Shown piece after piece: positions 48,301 to 60,900 of a stretch of DNA of 64,000 bases. The notes beneath the pieces are model-generated. The model saw only the letters and a program-made list of their open reading frames with translations. It did no database searches and was not told where the DNA came from. Each line of letters opens with the position of its first letter. Within the stretch, counting starts at the first letter, position 1. Both the position numbers and the translations under genes were made by a program. This DNA comes from Heptranchias perlo (taxonomy: Eukaryota): positions 10,416,001 to 10,480,000 of the forward strand of contig NC_090366.1 in assembly GCF_035084215.1 (NCBI RefSeq), written 5' to 3'.

Positions 48301-51061
48301 TGTAATCAATCCACCTCAGTTGCAGTCTGTCATATGGGCAGCTGTGAGTGATTGAACAGGTCAGTCCAGCTGCTTTTCCAGAAGTCAGTTCCCCATGACC
48401 TGAAATCCGTGGCTTGTCTGTAAGAACAGTAGCAAACGGACGTATTAGGTAATTTCAATCTTAAGACCGGGGAGTCGCCTGAAGCAGCACTTCCACTTTC
48501 ACGTCCTTGACACGTCTAGAAAGGCATTACAGAATTTGAAGCGTTATGGGGATGCAATTGACAACCTAACACGCAGGAGAATATTGGAGAAGATGTTAAA
48601 AAGTTAGAAATAAAGGGCACAGCAGAAACTGCAATTCGAACTGTTTAGAAGGGAGGAAGCGGTGAGTCGCAGTTATGTGCAGTTTCTCAGAATGCTTGAC
48701 ATGAGTACGGAGTCCCACAAGGTTATGTTCAGGGTCTGCTTTTACTCACTGTGTACATCGATGATTGTATATAGTGGTAGGGTTGAGATCGCAATCAGAT
48801 CAGCCATTATATTATCAAATGGCAGAGCAGACTCGAGGGGCCGAATGGCCTACTCGTGCTCTTAATTCGTATGTTCGGATGTGATTTTAACATTTGAAAA
48901 TGGTGCAAAACTGGCAGCATCGGATCGTTTGCCGACTATACGTCCCGCCCATTTTACTTTCAATTATCATGAAAGGCTGATCCGATTCCGCCATTTTGAC
49001 AGCCATGCCAAAGTTAAATGTTCCTCGCATCAAATAACTACGGGAAATAAAGGGAGTTGCAAGTGGATAATGGAGAGATTGGAGAATGCGGAAATAAGAG
49101 GTAGATAAAATTCACTGTCAGTAAACATGAGTTGGCAGATTTTTGTTTGGACACTGGGACGCTGGTTGATGTGAATGGGCAGAGGAATTGGTGGGTTCAA
49201 GTTCACGAGGCAGTGAACCGCAGCTCCAGTGGAAAAGGGCAAGAACCAGCTACATGAGTCCTGATTTTAACGACAACAGGTGTACAATATGAAAATCGAG
49301 ATGTGACGGAGTTCCGAAAGAGAACCATAGTTAGTTCACAGTTGGAATAAGAAAGCGAGTTTTGGTTTCTGCTCGAGAGGAAGGCGACAGGGCGGATTCG
49401 CGTGGATTCTGGCTGGTAACAGGAAGTATGAGGAAGTACAAATATGTGGAACACCTTCAAAAATTGGGCAGAACTCATTTGGGCAAAACAGATTTTGACA
49501 GGAGTGTTTATCCTGTGCAGAAAATGGACAGAGGAGATAGAAACGGACTGAATCTGAACTTGCCGCCGGGGTCAAAGCTGGCGGTCCAGATCAGGCGCCC
49601 ATTCCAGCAACCGCCCGATTTACATTTCCTTTTATTTCAATGAACATGAAGATCTGTTGGTTTCTGTATTAGGCGGACGACCCGCACAGCCAGTTTTACG
49701 TTTCGGTCAACAAGTTGAAAAGTTATCATCATGTGAAAACTTAACAATAAGTTAGATAGGTCGCTAAAGGGAAATGGCAATAAAGGGATATGGGAACAGG
49801 CCAGGCACAGGCAATTAGGAGTGTTGCTCATGTGGAGAATAAACAGCAACACGGACTGGTTGGGCTGTACGGCCTGTTTTACTGCTGTCATTTCCATATA
49901 TTTCTGTCTTTAAGATATGAACCATTGCATTGCTTATCCGTATCGCCGCACCCTGTGTTGCAACTGACCTTTGAGTTCGGCCGGGGACATCACAAAATGT
50001 GTCCACTTTACACGTTGGTTGATTCACACTGAAGCATTGGAATAAAATGTAGAAAAGCAACAAAGGAAAATCTCACCAGAAACAGAAAGGAAGACTTCAG
50101 AACGGACAGTTTTATATGTAGTAATAATCCAGCCCCAGTGGCCTTGCACGCTGAAGTAATATGTACCCTGATCACGCTTCCGGATATTCTTTAACAAAAG
50201 GGAGCATTGTCCTTTCGCAAGGTTGCCCTTCAACTCCGCTCTCCCACCATAGTTATAACGCTGTCCATATGGATATGTCGAATCATAGATAATGGTGTCC
50301 CTGGTGTTACGGCCCCTCTTTATCCACTTCCCCCTTGGCTTGGGGGTAAAGGCTGAATGATGAAACGTACACGGGATCTGCGCACATGAACCCGGCACTG
50401 CCGACACAATAGCTGGCATCACCACAGTGTATTGAGCACAACAAACAACTGAAAAAAAAACATTAGCCCTCTTTTAATTATCCATTCAAAACCCATTGTA
50501 ATATCATAAATATCTATTAAAGTATCTGTTAATTGACAAATAATCGCCCATCACCATAGCAATACAAACGTCCTTTAAAAATCAAGTAAAATACGAATTA
50601 AATATCAATCAAAATATTGATTTAAATGTCCACAGTTATACCTTTTTGATAGCAGTTTTAAGAAACACTAATATGCAAATTGAATAGTCATAATAACACT
50701 GAATACAAATGCTCAAAACAGAAAGTGAATGTCCAATAAGATTGTCATAAATACTGATCGTTAAAATCTTATTAAATATAAGTTAACCTAATATTAAAGA
50801 TGGATTAAAATGCTCATTAAAAATAATTCGTAATGTCCAATAAATACCATTTGAATAGGAATTAAAACACCTATAAAGTATGCATTTAATACCCATGTAA
50901 TTGTTTCGCAAGATTGAAAGTCAATAGTCACGTATCATTTGCAGGAGGAATTCTCCTCTACTCTTCCCACAACATATCAGTCATTTTTTGCAGAAATTAT
51001 TCGTAAAAAATTATTTACCGTCTGCCAGTGTCATGAGGGAGAGAAACACGCAACTCCTCAT
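42371..51061 (-). CDS. Siglec/MAG-like inhibitory Ig receptor, copy C (complete, about 546 aa; V + 3 C2 + TM + ITIM tail)
   Basis: complement(join(42371-42538,44196-44283,45818-45917,46321-46620,47241-47498,48106-48417,50077-50448,51019-51061)) = 1641 nt. All GT-AG, phases consistent, no internal stops seen. TM IGGGACGLIIVIAVVVMV. Tail motifs VIYAVV, VLYASI and terminal TCEYATIKHN*. Confidence 0.88.
42730..43370 (+). mobile_element. CR1 LINE 3' fragment in the last intron of Siglec C
   Basis: LQRVKRRSTRVLAGMRLFSYAERLEKLELFS...; 3' UTR ending GAATGGCCTCCTTCTGTGCTGTATGATT. Confidence 0.8.
46105..46270 (+). mobile_element. Short CR1 3' end with TTCTTATG tail repeats
   Basis: GGAGCAGGCTCGAGGGGCCGAATGGC...TTCTTATGTTCTTATGTTCTTATG. 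Confidence 0.75.
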
Positions 51062-51819
51062 GGCTGGAATCTGTTCCAGGGTTTCACTGTCAACAATGGA
51101 AATCCTGTTTCACAACAAAGACCATTCAGGTTTCTGCGTTATTCTTCCCAGTCATTGGTTAGAATTCTTCAAGAATTCCATCGGACGAGCTGGAGGTGAG
51201 GTATTCCCACCAATCTGTAGGAAGAGCGCTTACTCACTCAACTTGTGAAATTCCACCAAATACTGGTGAGGCAGGCTGCTAGCACATCCTAGCCATGCAT
51301 TGCGTGTGACCGACTGATACGGAATATGCTCTCATGGTACATCTAGTATTTGCTAAAGAGTCCTTAACACAGAAACAGATTCGCCCTCTCTCTCTGTCAA
51401 AAACACACACACCAAATGTGCTGTTATTTATGAACATAATGTATTGGAAACTGCTAACAGAGAGCTCTGCCCCCGCTTGCAGACGCCTCTGACTCACATT
51501 TCACACATTTAGCTTTTGGCAGCTCAGACGAGATGTATGTTGGAGAACTGCGGTTAGTTTTGTTGCTGCAGCCTGTACCCGTGTGGTTTCCTCACCTTCG
51601 GTCAATAGTGATGCAATTGGAGACGTTTGTTAGTAAGTCGTTTGACATTGTTGTTCATAGCCTTTCTTCCAAATAATTTAACTAGTTACATTCAGACTCC
51701 AGTTCTGTAAATTTGCCGAAATTAATAAATACTGTGCTCAATTTGCTGCATTGCATTTTTCTCATTTTCGTCCTAGGTCTGGAACGTCTAAAATGGATTT
51801 GAGGTTTTTGCCGATTTTT

Positions 51820-52470
51820 TTTTTATTCGTCGTTGGCGAGGCCAGCATTTATTGCCCATCCCTAATTGCCCCTTGAGAAGGTGGTGGTGAGCCGCCTTCT
51901 TGAACCGCTGCAGTCCATGTGGTGAAGGTTCTCCCACAGTGCTGTTAGGAAGGGAGTTCCAGGATTTTGACCCAGCGACGATGCAGGAACGGCGATATAT
52001 TTCCAAGTCGGGATGGTGTGTGACTTGGAGGGGAACGTGCAGGTGGTGTTGTTCCCATGTGCCTGCTGCTCTTGTCCTTCTAGGTGGTAGAGGTCGCGGG
52101 TTTGGGAGGTGCCGTCAAAGAAGCCTTGGCGAGTTGCTGCAGTACATCCTGTGGATGGTACACACTGCAGCCACGGTGCACCGGTGGTGAAGGGAGTGAA
52201 TGTTTCGGGTGGTGGATGAAGTGCCGATCAAGCGGGCTGCTTTGTCCTGGGTGGTGTCGAGCTTCTTGAGTGTTGTTGGAGCTGCACTCATCCAGACAAG
52301 TGGAGAGTATTCCATCACACTCCTAACTTGTGCCTTGTAGATGGTGGAAAAACTTTGTGGAGTCAGGAGGTGAGTCACTCGGTACAGAATACCCAGCCTC
52401 TGACCTGCTCTTGTAGCCACAGTATTTATATGGCTGGTCCAGTTAAGTTTCTGGTCAGTGGTGACCCCAT
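51820..52470 (-). mobile_element. Non-LTR (CR1-superfamily) element 3' end, second family
   Basis: ORF 52115-52525 KLNWTSHIN...IYKAQVRSVMEYSPLVW...LKKLDTTQDKAARLI (RT C-terminal region). Inserted about 0.8 kb upstream of Siglec C; empty site in A (about 4565-4610) and B. Confidence 0.82.
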
Positions 52471-54109
52471 TGGAAAATGCAAACACCATTGGAAAATACA
52501 TCGATATAACCCATTGATTGGACAAGGGTGTATGGGAAGGATGCTTAATCCCTCAGCTTGGGTACCCCACCAAATTTTCGTGACGACGACTGCTCGCATA
52601 TTTACATATGCACACTGAAACCGACTGTTGCTTAATATGATGCTATGATATAGCTAATATTTTCTATAGAATCCTTAACACAGAAACAGCATCTCTCTCT
52701 CTCTGACAAACATAATACTTTAGAGTCTGTGACAACAGGACTCTGCCCACGCTTACAAATGCCTCTGACACAATTTTCACACATACTTAGCTTTTTGGCA
52801 TGAAACACTCATCTCATGTTGTTGCGTAACTGCAGTTAGTGTTGTTGCTACATTCTGTTGACGTGTGGATTCCGTGCTGTCTCTAAGTAGATCAAGTAAA
52901 CTGTTTTACTCTATGGTAACATCAATTCTTCTAACTTAATTAACTATTTACACTCCCTTCCCAGCTGTATAAATTTGCTCAAATTCATCAACATTTCATC
53001 CCATTTGCTGCGGTTACTTTTTCTTATTTCGGTATTAGGTGTGGGACGTGAGAAATCGACTTCAAGGGGTCAAATTGATTTTCAGCGTTGATGCAAAATA
53101 GGCAACAGCGTATTACATCCCACCATATTGTCTTTCCAAAACTTCAATGGGACGTGTTGCAAAACGGGCTGCCGGTTCGCTATCGCCCGTTTTGCGTTAC
53201 TGGCAAAGTCTATGTTTTAGGCGCAAATGCGGATGCAAAATGTATGGATAATATTAATTGAATGAACAATTGCTGCCAAATTGATTAGTGTGACGGAATC
53301 CTGGCTAACTGGTGCATCTCAAGCATTCCTGACGACCTTCAACTGGGAGCACCTGGAATTAGACTGATGGGGGAACAGGCCCAAACGATTTCTTCGCGTT
53401 GGGGATAAGAGGCCCGGATCTTTCCAAACAAAGTAGCAGGAGCCATTGGTCAGTTTCACCCCAACTTTTTCCCACCGAACTCGCTCTTTTTTGCGGGTTG
53501 ACCGCCTCCAGGTTGGAGTTTTCCAGTCATCGCTTAGCTTGGTTTTTCCAGCGGGTTGGATGGAATTTCTGAAGTGTTTTATTTCACGCCCCTTAAGGAT
53601 CAGGAATTATTTCTAGTAATTTACCTGCAGAAGTTTCAATTTATCCGATATACGAATGGTATGCTTGATCTCTTCCATTGCAACGGCGCTCTTCTCTCAC
53701 TACTCAAAGCCTCTTTTTTCCTCCGATAATATTTCTCATATTTGTACTCAAGGTTCCCGAGCTGTAGCAGCGACTGGACCCAAACATTCACTGGCCACGT
53801 AAGACTAGCCACGATTTTGCAAAACTTGCTCTGACAGAAGTAAGTCATTCTATAAAATGTACCTGCGTTCCATGCACCCATGTTGTGGCATCGATCTCTA
53901 CCGTGCAACTGTGACGTGTATACAACTATCCTTCCAAAGCAAGCCTGCAATGCAAATCTATTAGCTTGCATTAATTTCCATTAACAGGCCGCTGTCACTC
54001 ACATCGCTAACATGGTGACTTCACTGCAGCACTGGAAACTCCCATTAACTATATATACAAATCCGTTCGCTACATCAGAGAGTACGTGTGAAGCCGCTTT
54101 TTTCCTGTT

Positions 54110-54757
54110 TAATGATTTTTTTTTTCATAGTGTTTTAGGCCCCCCTTTTATAAGAAGGGGGGTTAGGGTGTGCTCATGTGCAGCAAACCAAAAAACCCCA
54201 AAAAGAAGTATCAAATTATAATTTTATTATCTCGGTCCAGGATGCACTCCAGCCCCTGCGGTGCCCACCGGTCGCGGAAAGCTTCAAACGTACCGGTAGA
54301 CACCGCGTGCTCCCTCTCCAGGGCCACCCGGGCGTGAAGAATTCCTTGGAAGAGAGGCTGACAGTCAGAGCGACCACCCCCACAGCCCGCGTCTGACCTG
54401 GACCTGTGGATAGCCACCTTGGACAAGCCCAGGACGAAGATGTCCACCCACCTGCCCGCCCCCGCCTCCCTCACCGGGCGGCCAAAGATCAGGAGCGTGG
54501 GACTGAAGTGCAGCCAGAACTTGAGGAGCAGCTCCCTTAAATAGTGGAACCGGGGCTGCAGCCTCCCACACCCTGTGAACAAATGAAACACGGACTCATC
54601 CAGGCCGCAGAAATTGCAGGCGGCCTGGTAGTCCGTGAAATGGTGTAAACGCCTGTTGGTCGGGACTGCTCCGTGTAACACTCTCCACCCCAGATCCCCA
54701 ATGGCACACCGGAGGATCCCCGGATAGAGAGTCCTCCAGTGGGGACCCCCGCCTCCG
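54110..54757 (-). mobile_element. Tx1/L1-clade LINE 3' fragment (zf-RVT region + poly-A)
   Basis: ORF 54211-54681 LHGAVPTN...CNFCGLDESVFHLFTGC (CCHC zinc finger typical of L1/Tx1 ORF2); T-run at about 54116-54125; absent from the paralogous region at about 22880-22897. Confidence 0.75.
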
Positions 54758-56463
54758 CAACGTTATTTCTCACGGAAAATGCATGCACCAGCAATTGATC
54801 GGGTTTGTGCTGTTTACTTTCCTGGTCTTACTGCAGTCGGTATTCTGAATAATTTATTGCAACAGCTGTTGCAATCTGCAATGCAGACCCTTCCAGCTGC
54901 TCCTATGTAGGTGTTTCTGGGTATTATGGGTTATTTTAATTTCCTTTTAATTCCAATAATTAGAGAGCTGAAAGGAGCGCACGATAGCTATCTAATTAAA
55001 ATGTGATGTGATGTGATCACTCACTGGTTGGGCCTCAGCTGGAGTATTATGTCCGATTCTGGGCTCTGCATTTTAATAAGACTGTCAAAGCCTTTGAGAC
55101 GGTGCCAATGAGATTGACCAGAATGGCTCTGTCCGGACGATGTCTAAACATCTGTTAGAACATCAACAGATAGCAATGGTGGTAAATCACGTTGAGAGCG
55201 CTGGTCGCCTACTATTCCTGTTTGCCGCCGTTCCTGGAACACGAGGTCAACGGGATTTGAGGCCTGGGGGTGGGGGGTGGTCGTTGGTGGGGGGCCGGGG
55301 GGTGGCGGCGGTACTGGGGACTATAATCAAGTGAGCTTTTGATAGCTAGGCAAGTAAACTGTTGTCGTGTTATTTACGCTTGCCCGATATGGAGGCCCCT
55401 AAACATTCGAACTAAAAGTGATTCTTAATACTGAAGTCATCAACCTTTAGAATTGCCATGTTTATGTGAGCTGAGCCATCTAATTCTGGATATGCCTTAA
55501 TTGTGCAGGCACCGATGTTCTTAATAGGGGTGCATCACTGGAAACGAATTGTTAATTGTGTACAGATAAGCTGTGAAACGGCTCTTCCGTATGGGGAATT
55601 TGTAGTTTAATCGAGATAAGGACGAAATGCGTGTAAACAGATGATGTTTCTTGAAGGATAAGCAGCTAAATTGGAACTGACTTGACATTGCCGAGGAATG
55701 CAGGGGTGGCTGTCGGGTGTCCTTGAGCAGAGACGACAATTCATGAATAAAAATTAGCTATAAAAATGGCTGAGCCTGCCACTGGATTTAGAACAGGCTT
55801 TGATTAAGAGGAGTTCCGCCACAACACATATACTCCCTTCGTCAGACAATGCACACTTGATCTGCACATTACTGCAAATAAATGCTTTGAATTAATCTTC
55901 TATGTCAGCGTATTTATTTCTGGTGTCCGAAGTCACTGATTGCACAAGCAAAAACTAGAGTAGTCATTATCACTATAAGGCAAACATAGCAACCCATGCA
56001 AATAGCAGTATCTAACGGGTACAGTCCTATAAATGTGTGTATAAATGAAATAGATTGCTCAATGTACTCAGGCCAAATTGATCTCCATGGATGTTGTGAT
56101 AAAATCGCAATTGAAGATACGATTTTGCTACACAAACGAACAGAGCCCATGCCTCACAAAATAGATCATTAAAGATATCCAGCAGAGGAATTTCATCTCA
56201 CTCCTGTCACTCTACTGTCAGAGGGACATCCTTTCTTTTGATTTTAATGTTCGTGTTTCGACGATACCGGAGTTGCATGCACTGGCAGGTACACTGACCC
56301 ACCAGTTCACAGCTATTTCCGTCTATCGGGAAGTAATCGAGTCCTTTTGTGGTGGAAAGCATTACCATATAAATTGCACTGCTCGCCTACAGCGTGCAGT
56401 AAATTTTTTTCCTTTAGCATCCAAATCAGTAATTAAAGCAGAGGTGATGTCAGAAGGTGCATA

Positions 56464-57127
56464 TGATGTGGAACATTGGCGAGACCATGGTACATTGGCG
56501 AGACCATGCAGACGCTGCGACAACGGATGAACGGACACCGCGCAACAATCGCCAAACAGGAGGGTTCCCTCCCAGTCGGGGAACACTTCAGCAGTCATGG
56601 ACATTCATCCACCGACCTTCGGGTAAGCGTACTCCAAGGCGGCCTTCGAGACACACGACAACGCAAAATCGTCGAGCAGAAATTGATAGCCAAGTTCCGC
56701 ACCCATGAGGACGGCCTCAACCGGGATCTTGGGTTCATGTCACGCTACACGTTACCCCACCAGCGAACAAATGTTATCTGTTTTTAATATAATGGGTCAT
56801 TTGCTGGCTCTCTCTGCCTTCCGGATGTTTCTGCCTCTCTCTGTGTTTTTTTTTTCTCTGTTTTTTTTCCCTGTTTGTTTTTTTGTTGAATGTGTATTCG
56901 GAGGTTCTGCAGGTAACACCTCTCTGTCTGAACACGGTGATTGCCTTGGCAACGGGCAGTTGCAGGGGCAGTCTGTAAACACCATGTATTATTGTTCAAT
57001 ATGTATAAATGCGTAGGCTTCAAGGAGATCTTGAAACATTTGCCTGAGGAAGGAGAAAATCTCCGAAAGCTTGTGAATTTAAAATAAAATTGCTGGACTA
57101 TAACTTGGTGTTGTAAAATTGTTTACA
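56464..57127 (+). mobile_element. 5'-truncated Penelope-like retroelement (GIY-YIG endonuclease C-terminus + pLTR)
   Basis: ORF 56476-56787 WYIGETMQTLRQRMNGHR...VGEHF...EQKLIAKFRTHEDGLNRD is GIY-YIG-like. 12-bp TSD AGAAGGTGCATA at 56452-56463 and 57128-57139. Empty sites in paralogous blocks near 7425 and 25720. Confidence 0.88.
57038..57078 (+). ncRNA. Minimal type I hammerhead ribozyme in the Penelope pLTR
   Basis: Stem I ATTTGC(57038-43)/GTGAAT(57073-78); core CTGAGGA (57044-50) plus one extra A; stem II GGAG-aaaat-CTCC; GAAA (57065-68); palindromic AAGCTT in place of stem III. Matches the architecture known for Penelope hammerheads. Confidence 0.7.
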
Positions 57128-57906
57128 AGAAGGTGCATAGACTGCTTCCAGTTGGCTTACATAATCAAGCTAGTTAATTTTCTTATCATAGAAGGTTAAG
57201 GCAGAAATACCCCGTCGTTTGGCCCATTGAACCTGTGCCGTTAAAGGGCAGCGTGGTCCCAGCTAAATAAAGAGCAGAGAGTTTACCTGTGGTCGATTTG
57301 GTTTCTACGATTTGTTCACCAGCAACAACTCCCCTCACACCTTGGAGGGAACCTCAGCCTTGAATCTTTCCAAGTCTCACCTAAGCGTAAGTAACTGAGG
57401 TGTGTTAGTGCGAGGGATAGTGTGAACTCCATGACAGGCAATTTTAAACTCTATGAGTACAAATTTGTCAGTAATTTTATTAAGAAATGTTTCAGCATGG
57501 TGATGGGTATACACATATGTTGGCATCAGGCGAACCAAGACATGTCTTGTTAAACAGAGCGAAAGTTATGTTACTATTATCGCAAAATAACTTTTATCCT
57601 TCTTGTGTTCTTGATCATTGCGTTGACATCGTATTATCCTTAATATCGTGGACTTATTATAATAAGGAGTACGTGGAACTGTATCATGTTCAGCCTTGGA
57701 ATCTCTGAGCAAGCCAAGAGCTAAGTCTGTTTAGTTATTTCCTGAAAACGACCATTGAACCTTAGTCGATATAGAGGGAAATGAAAAGAGCCACTTGAGA
57801 ATCAAACATAAAACCTCTGAAAAGAGGCCAACATACTGTTATTTCTACAAGAGGCTGCCTGCTATATGAAAAGTTAAATTATAACACCAGCTAGTCCATA
57901 GTTTTT

Positions 57907-60900
57907 CTAATTATCTAAAAACTTAACAATTTGATTCATTGGATATTTCACCATTTTCTTTAACTCCTCTCTGAATTTAGTTTGTGTCACTGCATAAATA
58001 AACGTGTTTGTGCAGCAGCTCAAAAGTAGAAGCATATATCCGGTTTCTTGAAGGATATAAATCGGGTCATTGTAACCAGTGTAAGAATAAGTATTAGTAA
58101 TTCGACAGTACAAGTAATGGATCGTGTACGTCAGCCATAACAGTATAAAATTGCCGGATATACTGAAGAGTAAAATTATGGATTTTCTCCTGTTCTCCAT
58201 CTCAGCATCAGGTTTGCTTTCAGAGCTGGTGTTGCCCCGCAATGCCCTGCGGACTCTACTGGCCACTACTATATATCTCACGGTCACAGCATTGAGTAGC
58301 AAAATAACAAAAAATGGGAGAAAAGGGGTCGCTATGCAGTCGAAATAAGAAAATGCTAACCATAGGCGTGAAGTATAAAAGCTTGATCTTATCCGGCAAT
58401 ACCACGGCAATTTGTTAATTATATACAGAGGTTCATATATAAAGTAGCAGGGGATGTTTTTCATGCAGCTCAGGGCAAGCACCGTGCCTACAACCGCAAC
58501 TGCTGTTTCCTTGGTGCAATATTTATTTGTCAAGTTCGGGCAACAAATGGCTATAAAGCGATCAAAGGTGAAAGCGACTGTTAACCAAACAGAAAAGTCC
58601 CTGGTTGCATAAACTAGGGCGGTTTTGGTCCTACATATCGGAGTAAGCAACAGAAAATTTCCGGGAAAGTAAATGTCAATGATCCGATTGAGTATAACGC
58701 CAGTGACGACAACCAATAGATCCGCCGCTGCCATACCCACCAGATATTGAGTGATGCATTTGGAGAGACCGCACTTTCCTCGGGACAGGATCACAATCGC
58801 TATTATGTTAACTGTAGGGAAAGCAAAGAAAGCAAGATAATTAATTCTTGGCAGACTTTAATAGACAGTATCAGTTCACAATCAGGATGTGTTCAATTCA
58901 AAAGTTTATAACTACACTCCGCATAGAAACATATAGCCAGCATTTCCGAGTAAATGTAGGTTGCTAATTGCAACCGTGTCAGCCGAGGCTCAGTGGGCAG
59001 CACTTCTCGCCTCTGAGTCAGACGGTTGTGGGTTCAAGTCCTACTCCAGCGGCTTGCGCATATACTCTCGCTTGACACTTCTATGCAGTACTAAGAGAGT
59101 GCTGCAGTGCCCTGGCCAATATTTTTCACTCAACCGAATTAACTGGTTGTTGCCTCATTGCTGTTTGTGGGACCTTGCTGTGCGTAATTGGCTGCCGCAT
59201 TTCCCTATATTGTAACAGTGATGACAATTCACAATACTCCATTGGCTGCAAAGCGCTTCAGGACGCCCTTAGCTCGTGAAAAGCGCTATATTTATTCTTC
59301 CCTCTCTTTTTAAAATCAAGATGGGGTGGGTTAATTTAATATGATATTTGGAAGTCATGAGAAAAAGAAAGATTGAACAGGAAATCAAATTTGGTACTAG
59401 AATTGGACTAGAAAAGGTTTTAAAATAAATTTAAAATTGAGTTATGATATGCCGAATTGAAGGCAATAAGATTAATTTGAATCAATGATTTTCAAACAAA
59501 CAATAAAATAAACAACAATGAATCTGAAATAAGTTAATTGAATGAAATAAAATGCAATGGGAAGCGAGTTTGTGATTAACAATACAACTAATGAAGGTGG
59601 AAAAACCCAATAAAATCAGGAAACGTAATGAATGACAGACACCGGGGCCAGGCGAACAGAAATTTGGAGAGTGGCAGGTGGACTGAAATGAGTGAATTCG
59701 GATTGTGGCTGCAGATCAGGCAGGAATATTTTGGAATGAGGAAAGCGCCGCTGACTGACCACCCTTGGTCTCCAGATCTGAGGGCATTTGGCACATCACT
59801 GATTAGCAAACCGATTGCTCGATCTCATTTTCAAACTATTTTTTGATGGGGGTCGAGAGTGGGGGAGGCGACATAGAACTGATATAAAACTTTACATGCG
59901 CTGAGCTACTCTTTACAATTAACGAGCAGAATTTACATGTTGCAATATGTCCTCCAGTAAAATTATATTGTAAATAAGCTTAATACTCCTGAGCTTTATT
60001 GATGGGTCAGTGGGCAAGTATCATGCCTTCTGCAGATAGCACAGCCGGACTCAGAGATGCCGGCGGTGGAAGGGACATCAGTCAACGTTCTTACTTGTAA
60101 CCAGCACGAGTGAAAAGCGCCTGAGTGTGATAGACTGGCGAGGACATGATGTAGCTAATCAATAAAATGGCCTCTATGATCAAGAGATTGATAAACCTCC
60201 CTATTGAAGGTGGGGGTGCGGAAGAGGGCGCATCAATAACAGGACAGGCATCTGAAGGCTGACAGAGCCTGTGGGTCCTGATAACGGAGCAACAGGAGGA
60301 AGCTGAAAATAATTGCTTATTATCTCTGACTAAATCTTTGAATCATGTGTCAATGTCATCAATATTAAATGCGACAATAACATGCAAATTGTAAAAATAA
60401 TAACTGGCGTTTGAAATTACACACGACGCCCAAACAGCTCAAAGACTTCGACCAGTAAAGTACAGTTTGGACTGTGATGATGGTTAACTTGTTCTGCAGC
60501 AAATTTGCGCCTCTGAAATAGCGATCAGGTAAAGCTGTCGAACGCCTGCTTTGTCCGTGGCGTTGGTTGAACAAGGTTGCTGCAGGACTGACTTGGTGCT
60601 TATCCGCCGCAACCAAAGAGTTAACTCGCGTTTGGGATGAAATGATATATATTAAAAACAGGTTTTAAGTAGCACACTTCGCATTGTCATCCAGTTAAAA
60701 TAAGAACGGATCCTTTGCAAGGAAGAGAAAAATAAAAAGGAACAACGAAGGACAGAGAAAGAAAGGGAGACGAGAAATCGAAAGAGAGAGAGGGCAAGAG
60801 AGGGAGGGGGGAGATAGCTATGGTAGCCGTAGTCAAATGAATGTATTTTCTATATTATTTCAAAATAATTACTAGAAATAATGATTGACATAACAACTGA

